Origin: Chitinophagales bacterium
Lineage (GTDB): Bacteria > Bacteroidota > Bacteroidia > Chitinophagales > LD1
NCBI GenBank assembly: GCA_046329535.1
Contig: JAXLUN010000004.1
Location: 261,236 to 325,235 of the forward strand
Length of the DNA stretch: 64,000 nt
Direction of reading: 5' to 3'
Under the pieces are notes generated by a model. It searched no databases. It had not been told where the DNA came from and was given only the letters and a program-made list of their open reading frames with translations. The position numbers and the translations under genes are program-made. Positions 29,413 to 39,618 of this stretch are shown here, piece by piece. Positions within the stretch are counted from its first letter, which is position 1. Each line of letters starts with the position of its first letter.

Positions 29413-30519
29413 ATGATAGGTAAAGCAATCAAGGTTTTAGTCGTATTAATAGTGTTAGGTGTCTTCGGTTGGACATTCTATTTTCTTTACGCCAAATCGA
29501 AGAAGGAACCGGAAAAGATAAGCACCGTAGAACCATCAATTCAAAACATTATTCAGAAAACAGTTGCTACAGGTGCGATAAACCCGCGCAGAGAAGTAGC
29601 TATGAAGAGCCAAGTAAGCGGTATCATTGAAAAGTTGTTCATTAAAGCGGGTGATAAAGTGAAGCAGGGAGATGTGATAGCCCGGGTAAAAATTATTCCC
29701 AATATGCTGAATCTGAGCAATGCTGAAAATCGACTCAACCAAGCTAAGATAGCACTGGAAAATGCTAAACTTGAATATGACCGATCTAAACAGTTACTAG
29801 ATGATAAGGTCATAGCATCTGCCGAGTTTCAGCAGATAGATAATCGATACAGAACTGCCCGTGAAGAACTGGATGCCGCACAGAATAATTTGCAATTAAT
29901 TAAGGAAGGAACTACTGCTAAAATGGGTCAGGTCTCTAATACTATGATAAAATCGACTATTAGCGGTATGGTACTGGATGTACCGGTTAAGGAAGGGAAC
30001 TCTGTAATTGAGAGCAACACATTTAATGAAGGCACAACTATTGCTTCGGTAGCCGATATGGGCGAAATGATATTTGTAGGTAAGGTAGATGAGTCGGAAG
30101 TAGGTAAGATACATGTAGGCATGCCTCTCATATTAACTATTGGTGCGTTGCAGGAAGATAAGTTTGATGCTAAGTTAGAATACATCAGCCCGAAAGGAGT
30201 AACTGAAAACGGAGCTATACAGTTTGAAATTAAGGCTGCTGTTAAATTGCAGCAAGGTAAGTTTTTACGAGCGGGCTACAGTGCTAACGCGGATATAATT
30301 TTATCACGGAGAGATAGCGTATTGTCAGTTCCGGAAAGTGTATTGTTGTTTGAAGGGGACAAAATACTTGTTGAAATACAGACAGGAGGCGGTAAGTTAC
30401 AGAAGAAGCAAATTAAAACAGGGCTCTCAGATGGAATACAAATCGAGGTGAAGGAAGGATTGACCGGCCGAGAAAAAATAAAGACACCAACATTAACAGC
30501 TGCACCGGATAAAGAATAG
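29413..30519 (+). CDS. Efflux transporter periplasmic adaptor (HlyD/MacA-like membrane fusion protein)
   Basis: N-terminal anchor, lipoyl-like SGIIEKLFIKAGDKVKQGDVIA, coiled-coil hairpin, beta-barrel C-terminal part. Confidence 0.85.
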   Translation: MIGKAIKVLVVLIVLGVFGWTFYFLYAKSKKEPEKISTVEPSIQNIIQKTVATGAINPRREVAMKSQVSGIIEKLFIKAGDKVKQGDVIARVKIIPNMLNLSNAENRLNQAKIALENAKLEYDRSKQLLDDKVIASAEFQQIDNRYRTAREELDAAQNNLQLIKEGTTAKMGQVSNTMIKSTISGMVLDVPVKEGNSVIESNTFNEGTTIASVADMGEMIFVGKVDESEVGKIHVGMPLILTIGALQEDKFDAKLEYISPKGVTENGAIQFEIKAAVKLQQGKFLRAGYSANADIILSRRDSVLSVPESVLLFEGDKILVEIQTGGGKLQKKQIKTGLSDGIQIEVKEGLTGREKIKTPTLTAAPDKE

Positions 30520-30533
30520 ATAATAAACAGCTA

Positions 30534-31502
30534 TTACCAACGTGCCAGATGGTCTTCGCAAACACCGGTAGCTGTAAATTTTTCCTGCAATCCGTTAATC
30601 AACACGGTGCCTGAAATTTTTCCATAAGCCTGCACGAATATACTTTTCATCAAAAGCACATTGACATTTTCGCTGCGCGCACCGGCTGGTGTGAGTGAGC
30701 ATTCCAGAATCTTATCTGCGGTAGATATATACCAGGGATTTATGTGCAGTGGTTTTTCCATGCGAAAAGAGGATGATGAAAGCAAGGTTTTTATCCCATC
30801 TATCCATAGGATATTTTCCAGCTCATCATTGAAATGCTTCACCAAGTTTACACCTATTTTTTTTCCGCTTTGGGTGGTGCCTGTAAAAGCAAGCCAGTTC
30901 CAATATGTATTGCGGGGCGGATATCCTTTGCTGAAATCAAGGGCTCCGTACGGGCCGTTTACTTCGTAGGTTTTACCCTTATAGCTAATATTGAGTTGTG
31001 TGGGCAGACATACATTCTTATACGTAAAATGGAAAGGTCGACTGCCAGTACCGGGAGCCACCACACTGGCTCCGTAGGGTGTATTGACAACCGATATGTT
31101 CAGCTCATACCGGCCAGTATAACTAAACTGCATTTGCCCATCCTTGGTAATTATTCTGAATTTCCCCAACTGCCATTCACTGTCCAAACTGGGATTAAAC
31201 GAAGCGGAAAAGCCCAATGGTACAAGCACACTATCCTCCACAAAAATATTGTCTTTAAAGGAATAGAAATAAGTGAATGCATTTGCCACCAGACCGGCAT
31301 CGGCAATGGCTATGCCGCATATCAATTCAGGACTGTACACACCCATAAATACCCAGGCCTTACGGCTGGTTCTGCGGCTTTTCAACAAGATTCCTTGAGT
31401 ATCCCATCGACTGGTACTCACATCGGGTATCAAACCTTCGTATATACCCGTAGGTAAATGGGTGTCTTGCTGCAGCAGGGAGCTTTGAGCCGGTAGTATC
31501 AT
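30534..31502 (-). CDS. Conserved hypothetical protein, possibly DUF2804 family
   Basis: 322-aa ORF with coding-like composition. The family assignment is from memory of overall length and sequence style only. Confidence 0.55.
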   Translation of the reverse strand: MILPAQSSLLQQDTHLPTGIYEGLIPDVSTSRWDTQGILLKSRRTSRKAWVFMGVYSPELICGIAIADAGLVANAFTYFYSFKDNIFVEDSVLVPLGFSASFNPSLDSEWQLGKFRIITKDGQMQFSYTGRYELNISVVNTPYGASVVAPGTGSRPFHFTYKNVCLPTQLNISYKGKTYEVNGPYGALDFSKGYPPRNTYWNWLAFTGTTQSGKKIGVNLVKHFNDELENILWIDGIKTLLSSSSFRMEKPLHINPWYISTADKILECSLTPAGARSENVNVLLMKSIFVQAYGKISGTVLINGLQEKFTATGVCEDHLARW

Positions 31503-31681
31503 GGTATTAGATTGAGCTCGGAAAATAGAATTTTTTGAAAACTGAATAACCCCAAAAGAGGTAAATGATAGAATATAAAATTTCTCAGAAAGAATGGTCC
31601 AAATCTTCCGCGCTTGATTACTGTAGTCTTTCGGCTTTCCATTTTTTTTTCACCTTTACTACGTTCACTTAATCAAAAAAT

Positions 31682-32689
31682 ATGTCTCGCTACAAAGCCC
31701 TTGAAGAGTTAGTTAACATTGATTCGCCTACCGGATATACCGCTAAAGCCTGTCAGTATATTATCAACGAATTAGCCGCTATGGACTACCAGCCTGAGTT
31801 AACCAATAAAGGGGCTGTAAAATGTAAACTGGGCGTAAACCCCACATTGGCCATAGCCGCGCATGTAGATACTTTAGGTGCTATGGTGTCAGGTATCAAA
31901 AAAGACGGCACACTCAACTTCAGCCCTCTCGGTGGCTTACTTCTCACCAGTGCGGAAGGGGAGTATGTCAACATCATCACCCTGAAAGGTAAGGTGTATA
32001 CAGGCACCCTCTTGTTTGATAATCCATCGGCCCATGCGAATAAAGATCGCGAAACTACCCATCGCACTACTTATAACATGCATATCCGAATAGATGAGGA
32101 AGTATATAGTGCAGAAGATGTAACCAATCTGGGTATTTCAGTGGGTGACATCATTGCTTTTGAACCCCGTTACCGCGAGTATGAAAACGGTTTCATCAAG
32201 TCACGGTTTATGGATAACAAGGCCGGCTGTTTTGTGTTGCTCGAAATAGCCCGTTATTGCCGCGAGCATCAGATAGCCCCGCCTGTTGAATTATTTTTTT
32301 CTAACTATGAAGAAGTGGGCCACGGAGGTACCGTTGGTTACAGCGATACGGTTATAGAATTACTGGTGATTGATATGGGTGTACTAGGCGATGCCTGCGA
32401 TGGGAATGAAGTGAAGTGCTCTATCTGCGCTAAAGACAGCAGCGGCCCTTACGATTATGAGTTCAGAAAGAAACTGGTTACCCTGGCTGAGGCTCACCGC
32501 ATCCCCTTCGCTATTGATGTTTATCCTTATTACGGCAGTGATGGCAGTGCTGCCTTGCGTGCCGGTAAAGATTATCAGGTTGCTTTAATTGGTCCCGGAG
32601 TGGCGGCCTCGCATGGAGTAGAGCGAACCCACAAAAAGGGCATACAAGCCACGATTGACTTGTCTGTGCAGTATATACGGAGTCGATAA
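31682..32689 (+). CDS. M42 family aminopeptidase (FrvX/YsdC-like)
   Basis: AAHVDTLGAMV, FMDNKAGC and NYEEVGHGG motifs typical of M42 metallopeptidases. Confidence 0.85.
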   Translation: MSRYKALEELVNIDSPTGYTAKACQYIINELAAMDYQPELTNKGAVKCKLGVNPTLAIAAHVDTLGAMVSGIKKDGTLNFSPLGGLLLTSAEGEYVNIITLKGKVYTGTLLFDNPSAHANKDRETTHRTTYNMHIRIDEEVYSAEDVTNLGISVGDIIAFEPRYREYENGFIKSRFMDNKAGCFVLLEIARYCREHQIAPPVELFFSNYEEVGHGGTVGYSDTVIELLVIDMGVLGDACDGNEVKCSICAKDSSGPYDYEFRKKLVTLAEAHRIPFAIDVYPYYGSDGSAALRAGKDYQVALIGPGVAASHGVERTHKKGIQATIDLSVQYIRSR

Positions 32690-32697
32690 GTTAGCAA

Positions 32698-33267
32698 CTA
32701 AACCAGCAGCACTCCGCGAAATCCGCGAGCGGCATAATAGGAGGGGGCGCTGTTATGATAGACAAACACCCTGCCGTAGCGAAAATCTCCAAAGAGCGCA
32801 CCGCCCGGTTTTCTAACCTCCGCAGGTGTTTTTATCCAGCTCGATGTTTTGGTATCAAACTTTCCAAGTTGCTGTAAGGCTCTGTATTCCTCTTCGCTCA
32901 GTAGTTCAATACCCATGGCGCTGGCCATATCCATTGCATTATTGGCAGGTTTAAATTCTTTTCTCGATTCCAGTCCCTCACGGTCATAGCACAAACTTCT
33001 CCGGCCCAATGGGCTTTCGGCTGAGCAATCATAAAAAATATACGCTCCCGTTTTTTTATCCAGGGCTACCACATCCGGCTCGCCACCAGTAGTTTCCATT
33101 TGATGCAGCGACCATAGTTTTTCCGGGGCAGCCTCCAGTCTGCTGAGCACCTTCACCCATTCAATACCTGTGTGACGCTGCGTGTTTTTGTCGAAGCGTG
33201 TTTGTAAGGTGCGCAGCAACTCTTCCTTTTGAGTGTTTGTCAATACTTTTTTATCTCCCTTTTTCAT
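32698..33267 (-). CDS. DUF4256 domain protein
   Basis: LWSLHQMETTGGEPDVV...YDCSAESPLGRRSLCYDREGLESRK...SYYAARGFRG matches the DUF4256 family as I remember it. Confidence 0.75.
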   Translation of the reverse strand: MKKGDKKVLTNTQKEELLRTLQTRFDKNTQRHTGIEWVKVLSRLEAAPEKLWSLHQMETTGGEPDVVALDKKTGAYIFYDCSAESPLGRRSLCYDREGLESRKEFKPANNAMDMASAMGIELLSEEEYRALQQLGKFDTKTSSWIKTPAEVRKPGGALFGDFRYGRVFVYHNSAPSYYAARGFRGVLLV

Positions 33268-33501
33268 CAGCTTTTATGAGTTTATTTCAAGTTGGTGGTA
33301 TTGCCAACAATCTTATAAATTATACTGAAACCAAACTAAATATAAAGATTGAAATGGTGAAAAATACAGTAACCGTTAACTTAGGCTGGTATCTCTTGGT
33401 TAGTTTCAATTTTGATTCTTGCCACTTTTTTTATAAAAGGTGAGGCTTTCTACGCTACCATTTTACTTGCTAATATTGTCCAGATAAACACACTGCTTCA
33501 C

Positions 33502-34596
33502 ATGGCTTGGCTAATTCGTACGGGTTCTGCTTCTATCATTCTACTAGTATTTATCCTGTTCTCTTCGGGTCGTTTAGAGGCGCAGCCGTTTAAGGTTTCT
33601 TACCTGTTTAAAAATCATTCCGATGGCTATCCGATGTTCCGCATTCCGACAGTTATCACCGCGGGCAGCGGCAGAATACTGGCGTTTTGCGAGGGCCGAA
33701 AAAGTTTGTTCGATAGCGGAGATATAGACCTGGTGATGAAAACCTCGGACGACCAAGGCAAAACCTGGAGCCCCTTACAGGTTATCTGGAATGATGGCAG
33801 CAACACCTGTGGTAATCCAACTCCCGTATTGGACCGCACCAACGGTGATGTGATAGTAGTAGCTACGTTGAATAATGACAGCGTGTTTGTGCTTCGCTCT
33901 GCCAATGAAGGCAAACATTGGGAAACTCCCGTGAATATAACGGCCTCTGTGAAGCCCGATAGCTGGAAGTGGTATGCCAGCGGTCCGGTGCATGCTATAC
34001 AACTGGAACAGGCTACATATAAAAATCGTCTGATGATTCCCTGCAACCACACCCTGACCAAGCCAGGTAAACACATCGCCCACATTATTTATTCCGATGA
34101 TAGTGGCAAAACCTGGCATTTAGGGGGTAGTGTTCCGGCTGACGATACCGATGAAAGCACGGTGGCCGAGCTGACCAACGGTGAACTGCTGCTGAATATG
34201 CGCAACAGTGACCGCACCTGGCTTTCGCGCAAGGTAAGTCATAGTACCGATGGAGGGCTTACCTGGAGTGTACCTGTATTTGACAGTGTGCTGATAGAAC
34301 CGGTTTGTCAAGGCTCCCTGCTTCGATATTCTCAGATGCCTGATATCCTCTTGTTCAGTAACCCGAGGCATACAAAGCAGCGCAAAAACCTAACTCTGGC
34401 AGTGAGTATTGATGGTGGAAAAACATGGAGTAGACTTCTGAGCCTTTGGCGAAGAAGAAGTGCTTACAGTGATTTGGTGGTGCTTGCTGATGGGGATGTT
34501 CTCTGTCTGTATGAAACAGGAAAAGTACTGCCTTACTCTGGGATAGCTCTCACCTTCGTTAAACGTGAATCGATTAGCAATTGCTTAGGTCGATGA
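33502..34596 (+). CDS. Exo-alpha-sialidase (GH33-like, BNR/Asp-box repeats)
   Basis: FRIP motif (MFRIPTV) and five Asp-boxes (SDDQGKTWS, SANEGKHWE, SDDSGKTWH, STDGGLTWS, SIDGGKTWS). ATG at 33502 gives a signal peptide; the ORF-track start at 33412 is unlikely. Confidence 0.85.
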   Translation: MAWLIRTGSASIILLVFILFSSGRLEAQPFKVSYLFKNHSDGYPMFRIPTVITAGSGRILAFCEGRKSLFDSGDIDLVMKTSDDQGKTWSPLQVIWNDGSNTCGNPTPVLDRTNGDVIVVATLNNDSVFVLRSANEGKHWETPVNITASVKPDSWKWYASGPVHAIQLEQATYKNRLMIPCNHTLTKPGKHIAHIIYSDDSGKTWHLGGSVPADDTDESTVAELTNGELLLNMRNSDRTWLSRKVSHSTDGGLTWSVPVFDSVLIEPVCQGSLLRYSQMPDILLFSNPRHTKQRKNLTLAVSIDGGKTWSRLLSLWRRRSAYSDLVVLADGDVLCLYETGKVLPYSGIALTFVKRESISNCLGR

Positions 34597-34640
34597 CAGA
34601 TGCTTTGAAGAATGTAAATATTTCTGCTTAACCTTAGATC

Positions 34641-35144
34641 ATGAAAACAAGCGTCAAGGTAACTACCGTCTATAACTGCTCGTTAGAGAGGGCTTTTAAA
34701 ACACCTATGTTGAGCGATGTTACCAAGGTGCATACCGGTTTTTTAGTCATGCCCAAAGTCATTCATTGCACTGATGACGAGAACTGGGGTAAGCCGGGTT
34801 ACAGCAAAAAAGTATTTGTAGCGCCCTCCATAACGCAAAAAGGTGGTTGGGCTTCGATTGATACAGTCTTAGAACGGATAGAGAATAAATACTGGAAAAT
34901 AGAGGTGAGCAATTTTCAGGCCTGGATGTTAGGCTTCAATAAATTTACAGGTGAATGGCAAACTACGGAACTAGAACCTGATAAAATTCTGATTGAATAT
35001 ACTTACACGTTACATTCAGATACCCCTATTTTCTACCCGTTCAACTGGCTTTTTACCAAAACCTTCTGGAGAATGTATATGAAAAGAGTATTAGAAAATA
35101 TCCGGCAGATGGTGCAGCAAAAAGAGCCCTATTTATATCCTTAA
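34641..35144 (+). CDS. Hypothetical protein, possibly SRPBCC (START/Bet v1-like) fold
   Basis: 167 aa with the size and strand/helix pattern of SRPBCC proteins. No diagnostic motif. Confidence 0.4.
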   Translation: MKTSVKVTTVYNCSLERAFKTPMLSDVTKVHTGFLVMPKVIHCTDDENWGKPGYSKKVFVAPSITQKGGWASIDTVLERIENKYWKIEVSNFQAWMLGFNKFTGEWQTTELEPDKILIEYTYTLHSDTPIFYPFNWLFTKTFWRMYMKRVLENIRQMVQQKEPYLYP

Positions 35145-35233
35145 TAGGGGCAGCACTGAACAAAACAGAATTATGCTCGGCTTACTGTTTTTAGTGGAAG
35201 TAATTCTGATACAAATGACAATAAAGTAATTTG

Positions 35234-35264
35234 CCCTCATGTTACTTTAACTCAACATGGAGGG
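35234..35264. terminator. Hairpin between convergent genes
   Basis: CCCTCATGTT / AACATGGAGGG (10 bp with one bulged G), 10-nt loop, followed by TTTCT. Confidence 0.4.
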
Positions 35265-35282
35265 TTTCTACTCTAAGAAAAA

Positions 35283-37289
35283 TTATCTGGTAATCGCGAC
35301 TCGTTTATAAGTGAATTCACCGGAATGTTGAGTTAAACGAAGAATGTAAGATCCTTCACAGAATGTTAGCGTGGAGATAGATAATGTATTGCTACCGGCA
35401 TTATGGCTATATACTAGTTGACCGGTTACATTGAAAATCTCTACCAAACCCAGCCCTATCGGATTAGTAGTGTTCAACTGAATCATATCATTGGCGGGGT
35501 TGGGAAACAGATTCCATTCAGTAGTCGTAATTTCTGTATCAGTAAACCCTGTACTGGTAGTACTATCAACTCCCCAGGCATAGTCAATAGTAGTAGTGTC
35601 CACCATAATCTTTGCATAATATACATATTGGGAACTGAGTGTATCTAAATACCATTTTTCTTCAAATTGTGATTGGTGTACTACATTCTGAAAATTTCCG
35701 AAACTTCCATACATAGACGAGTCGCCCACCATAATCACCCAGGTTTGTCCTCCTATAGTGGGGCAAGCTCTCAGGGTATTAATTTCGCCAATACAAGCTC
35801 TTCGAACAGCTACATAACTCTCCTGCTGGCGGCCCAGTAGCCATAAACTATCTTCCTGAACCTCGTCAAAATCGGCATCTTTAAAATGTAGGGCTACTTC
35901 TTTATAGTTATAGGTTGCTCCTAAAGCGGTAGGCACATTTTCGGGTCGATACATAATTAGAGACACATTACTGTGTTGTTCTACATAAGGCAAATGCACA
36001 TTTTGGTTGTTAGGATTGCGGTTGTCCCAATTGGCTTTTACCTCCCCAGAGGCAGTGTATACGGCTGTAGTTCCTACATTAGCTACACAGGTATATTGCT
36101 GAAAACCTACTTTGCCTTTCCAAAAATCAAGAACTGATGATAGGGTTACAGAGTGGTTTTTGAAAATGGTAATATCAGCCTCGCATAAAACCGAGCTTTT
36201 GGAAATACTGCTGAGTGTATTAGCAACTGAAGGCATATTTTGCGGGGGTATACTGGATAGCGGAGCCAGTATGGCAAAATCATTTTGTGTCCAGAGATTA
36301 GAGTCGGTTAATAGTTGAGCAGTTTCCTGTACTACATCCGGGTGAAAATAGGCACCTGAACTCCATTGAAAAATGGTTTTATCGGCCGATTCCATAGCTG
36401 AGTTAAGGATAAAGCCGGTGTCTAAAGAATGGCCGTTATGAAAGGTGTAATTTTCGAATGGTTTCCATGAATTTAACACGGTATCCATAGGTATGGTGCT
36501 CGAGGCAAGAAAGGGGCCACCGTGGGAGGCTCCATTCGGAGCTTCACCAAAACCGGTCATCAGGTAAATCAGATTGTTGTGGTTCTGATTGTAGGCCGAT
36601 TCGTATTTACTAGGATAATTTCGCCCCGCCACAGGGAAATAGGTGCCCTGGTCATTGGTAAGTAATAAAAAGTCTTTGAGTAACTGTTGAGAGGCTTTTG
36701 TAGCCAGGTCTTTAATCTGGCTATCTTGTGCAAAATCGGCCAGATTCAGCAAGCCGCTTAACTCGTAGGGTCCATATACGGAGGAGAAAAATTCATAGAA
36801 GCCAAACTGTACTTTAAGTTGAAGATAATGGCGAAGCCTTGCCTCCAGTCTATTGTCAACCGGTTTGTTATATTTTTCGTGAAGTAGCCAGTCGGAGCCC
36901 ATCCACATAATCATATGATTCTCGGACCAGTAATTTCTAATCAAATCCCCATAGTTTATCCAATACGGGACAGAATAGAGTACGGGTAAAATTTTAGAGT
37001 CGTAAGTGCCGTTGGTCAGATATAAAATGCGAATCAGCTCAATAATATCAAAGTCGCTGGTTTCACCTGTTGATATACTGTTGAGAGTGCTATTCAACTC
37101 AACCGTATCCAGAGGTAAACCCCGATATGCTTGCAATATGAGTTTTGTGCCACTGGTATTATTCAGAGAAGAGTCAATATACTCCTCTCTACGTTGGTCA
37201 TACGTTGGATTATTGGCCGACACCGATTGGGTGAAAAATGTTAGAAAGATAACAGATGTGATAAATACATGCAAACGAGTAATTGACAT
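35283..37289 (-). CDS. Secreted protein of unknown function with T9SS type A sorting domain
   Basis: Signal peptide. C-terminus LFPNPANDMIQLN...VEIFNVTGQLVYS...GSYILRL...YKRVAITR is Por_Secre_tail-like. The ~570-aa body is not recognised. Confidence 0.7.
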   Translation of the reverse strand: MSITRLHVFITSVIFLTFFTQSVSANNPTYDQRREEYIDSSLNNTSGTKLILQAYRGLPLDTVELNSTLNSISTGETSDFDIIELIRILYLTNGTYDSKILPVLYSVPYWINYGDLIRNYWSENHMIMWMGSDWLLHEKYNKPVDNRLEARLRHYLQLKVQFGFYEFFSSVYGPYELSGLLNLADFAQDSQIKDLATKASQQLLKDFLLLTNDQGTYFPVAGRNYPSKYESAYNQNHNNLIYLMTGFGEAPNGASHGGPFLASSTIPMDTVLNSWKPFENYTFHNGHSLDTGFILNSAMESADKTIFQWSSGAYFHPDVVQETAQLLTDSNLWTQNDFAILAPLSSIPPQNMPSVANTLSSISKSSVLCEADITIFKNHSVTLSSVLDFWKGKVGFQQYTCVANVGTTAVYTASGEVKANWDNRNPNNQNVHLPYVEQHSNVSLIMYRPENVPTALGATYNYKEVALHFKDADFDEVQEDSLWLLGRQQESYVAVRRACIGEINTLRACPTIGGQTWVIMVGDSSMYGSFGNFQNVVHQSQFEEKWYLDTLSSQYVYYAKIMVDTTTIDYAWGVDSTTSTGFTDTEITTTEWNLFPNPANDMIQLNTTNPIGLGLVEIFNVTGQLVYSHNAGSNTLSISTLTFCEGSYILRLTQHSGEFTYKRVAITR

Positions 37290-37492
37290 AGTGTAACAGG
37301 GTTATAATTGTTTAACAGTTAATAGAGCGAATTACATTTCTATCAAAGAAACAGAATAAAATGAAATAGAGAGATAATTTTATCTGATGAGGCACGTTTA
37401 TTAGCTTCAGTCCTGCTCTTTATGAACGTAACAGAATGAAGCTTTGTTTTTAATGGCTCCGAAAAGTTTATTCAAGATAAATAACAGAAACT

Positions 37493-38473
37493 ATGAAGGG
37501 ATTGATAAGTAGTTTAATCGTCTTACTATGCTGGGAAAATTCCCTTCTATCGCAATCATCCAAAAAGGTTGTAATTGAGCATTTCACCAATACCAGATGT
37601 AGTATCTGTGCTTCAAAAAATCCAGCATTTTATCAAACACTAAATAATTATCCTGAGGTACTGCATATTGCTTTTCATCCGAGTTCCCCATATTCTCAAT
37701 GTTTTTTCTCACTCCAGAATCCGCTGGAGAATGATGAGCGAACTAACTACTACAATGCATATGGATCAACCCCTCAAGTTGCTGTAAACGGTAAATTACT
37801 GTCTCCAACAAGTCCGATTATTACCAACACCACTTTAGATACGCTTTTAACTGAAACAAGCCCGATTGAGATACACGCAACGGAAGAGTGGATAACTATA
37901 GATTCAATCAGCGTGAGAGTAGTTGTTAAATCAACCGGTAGTGTTCCGACAGGTAATACAGTTTTGTTTGCCGGTGTGGCGGAGAACACAATAAACTACA
38001 ATGCTCCGAATGGAGAGTCTGTTCATCACGATGTTTTTAGAAAAGCACTTACTAACGTAACAGGTAATTCAATCACTTTACCCGCATTGAATGATAGCAT
38101 TGTGTTGGAGTTTACCTACAAAGTAACAAGTGCCTGGAATCCTAATAATCTTTATACTCTGGCTTTTATACAATTGACAGACACTAAGGAAATTCTCAAT
38201 GTGGCTAGGTCTACTCGAAATTCCGGTAATCCCAATTTCGTTCCAAGCTTGGTATTGAACCATGTTCATCTTCTCGTTAATCCTGTTCAAGACAAGTTAT
38301 TCTTCTCATTTATGGATTCAACAATCGACTTAGACTATTACATTTTTAATCTTATTGGCGAGCAGTTAATGCGAGGGCAGTTAATATCTAATGAGGCGGA
38401 TGTTAGTAGCCTGCCACCAGGTATTTATTATTTCAAGATGAGAGATACTGTTGCAAAATTTTGTAAGCAATAG
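37493..38473 (+). CDS. Omp28-related/thioredoxin-like surface protein with T9SS type A sorting domain
   Basis: VVIEHFTNTRCSICASKNP start typical of the Omp28-related family. C-terminus YYIFNLIGEQL...LPPGIYYFKM...AKFCKQ. Confidence 0.55.
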   Translation: MKGLISSLIVLLCWENSLLSQSSKKVVIEHFTNTRCSICASKNPAFYQTLNNYPEVLHIAFHPSSPYSQCFFSLQNPLENDERTNYYNAYGSTPQVAVNGKLLSPTSPIITNTTLDTLLTETSPIEIHATEEWITIDSISVRVVVKSTGSVPTGNTVLFAGVAENTINYNAPNGESVHHDVFRKALTNVTGNSITLPALNDSIVLEFTYKVTSAWNPNNLYTLAFIQLTDTKEILNVARSTRNSGNPNFVPSLVLNHVHLLVNPVQDKLFFSFMDSTIDLDYYIFNLIGEQLMRGQLISNEADVSSLPPGIYYFKMRDTVAKFCKQ

Positions 38474-38588
38474 TCTTCTATGCTTTATCATTGTTTCACC
38501 GGAGTTTCTCATTCTAGAAATGAATGCTTCTTTTTGAAACTCCTGGTGAGATGTTTTCCCATGCCATATTCTATTTTATTTTTACTCG

Positions 38589-39617
38589 GTGAATCGTGCC
38601 GATGAATATATGCAGCGTTGTCTGCAGTTGGCCCTAAAAGGATTGGGTAACGTAGCGCCTAACCCGATGGTAGGTTGTGTAATTGTGAACAACAACCGTA
38701 TAATAGGAGAGGGCTATCATCGGCAATGCGGTCAAGCTCATGCTGAAGTCAACGCAATTCGTTCGGTCAGCGATGAAAGCCTTTTGGCTGAAAGTACTTT
38801 GTTTGTTAATCTGGAGCCATGCTCTCATTTTGGTAAAACACCACCTTGTGCAGATTTAATAATAGAGAAAAAAATACCTTCGGTAGTGTTTGGTTGCTAT
38901 GACCCTAATCCTCAAGTTGCGGGACGTGGAGAAAAGCGATTAACCAGTGCAGGCGTAGTAGTAATTGCTGGACTGATGCAAAAAGAATCCTCTTTTTTGA
39001 ATCGCAGATTTATCACTTTTCATTCTAAGCAACGGCCGTACATAATTTTGAAATGGGCTCAAAGTGCAGATGGTTTTATGGCGCTGAACGAATCTAAACA
39101 GGTATGGCTTAGCAATCATCAATCAAAAACACTCAGTCATCAATGGCGGACTGAGGAGAGTGCCATTTTAGTTGGGAGAAATACAGTATCAATTGATGAT
39201 TGCGAATTAACTGCTCGTTTATTTGCGGGTAACAATCCAGTTCGTGTGGTAATAGACAGGCATCTTTCATTGTCATCGGCACATAAAATTTTTAACAATC
39301 AGGCCCGCACTGTTATCTTCAATGACGAGAAATCAGGCACTGAAGAAAATCTGGTGTTCATTCGCATCGATTTTAACGAAAATGTGATTCGCCAAATTTT
39401 AAGACACCTGTATCAGATTAATGTTCTCTCAGTAATTATTGAAGGTGGCGCTCAAACACTGCAACATTTTATTGAGGAGAATATTTGGGATGAGGCACGT
39501 ATCATAACAACACCGCACTTTTTACATAATGGTCTATCTGCTCCTCAAGTTAGCGGTGCTACGGTCAATGAACGAGACCTGAACGGAGACCACTTAACAG
39601 TCATAATCAACGAATAG
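38589..39617 (+). CDS. ribD: Bifunctional riboflavin biosynthesis protein RibD (deaminase/reductase)
   Basis: HAEVNAI and EPCSHFGKTPPC zinc motifs, plus a C-terminal reductase half. The GTG start at 38589 places ADEYMQRCLQLA like DEYYMARALKLA of known RibD. Confidence 0.9.
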   Translation: MNRADEYMQRCLQLALKGLGNVAPNPMVGCVIVNNNRIIGEGYHRQCGQAHAEVNAIRSVSDESLLAESTLFVNLEPCSHFGKTPPCADLIIEKKIPSVVFGCYDPNPQVAGRGEKRLTSAGVVVIAGLMQKESSFLNRRFITFHSKQRPYIILKWAQSADGFMALNESKQVWLSNHQSKTLSHQWRTEESAILVGRNTVSIDDCELTARLFAGNNPVRVVIDRHLSLSSAHKIFNNQARTVIFNDEKSGTEENLVFIRIDFNENVIRQILRHLYQINVLSVIIEGGAQTLQHFIEENIWDEARIITTPHFLHNGLSAPQVSGATVNERDLNGDHLTVIINE

Positions 39618-39618
39618 G

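Noticed and set aside
30661-31457. 102- and 207-aa plus-strand ORFs opposite the DUF2804-like gene
   Set aside because: They are shadow ORFs of a 322-aa gene. Neither has a start context or a recognisable motif, and both overlap each other.
33574-34371. Four minus-strand ORFs (60-152 aa) opposite the sialidase gene
   Set aside because: The sialidase frame carries FRIP and five Asp-boxes. The antisense frames are Cys/Arg-rich shadow translations.
38474-38588. FMN riboswitch upstream of ribD
   Set aside because: I could not find the conserved FMN-element core sequences. The region contains only one long hairpin, which more likely terminates the preceding gene.
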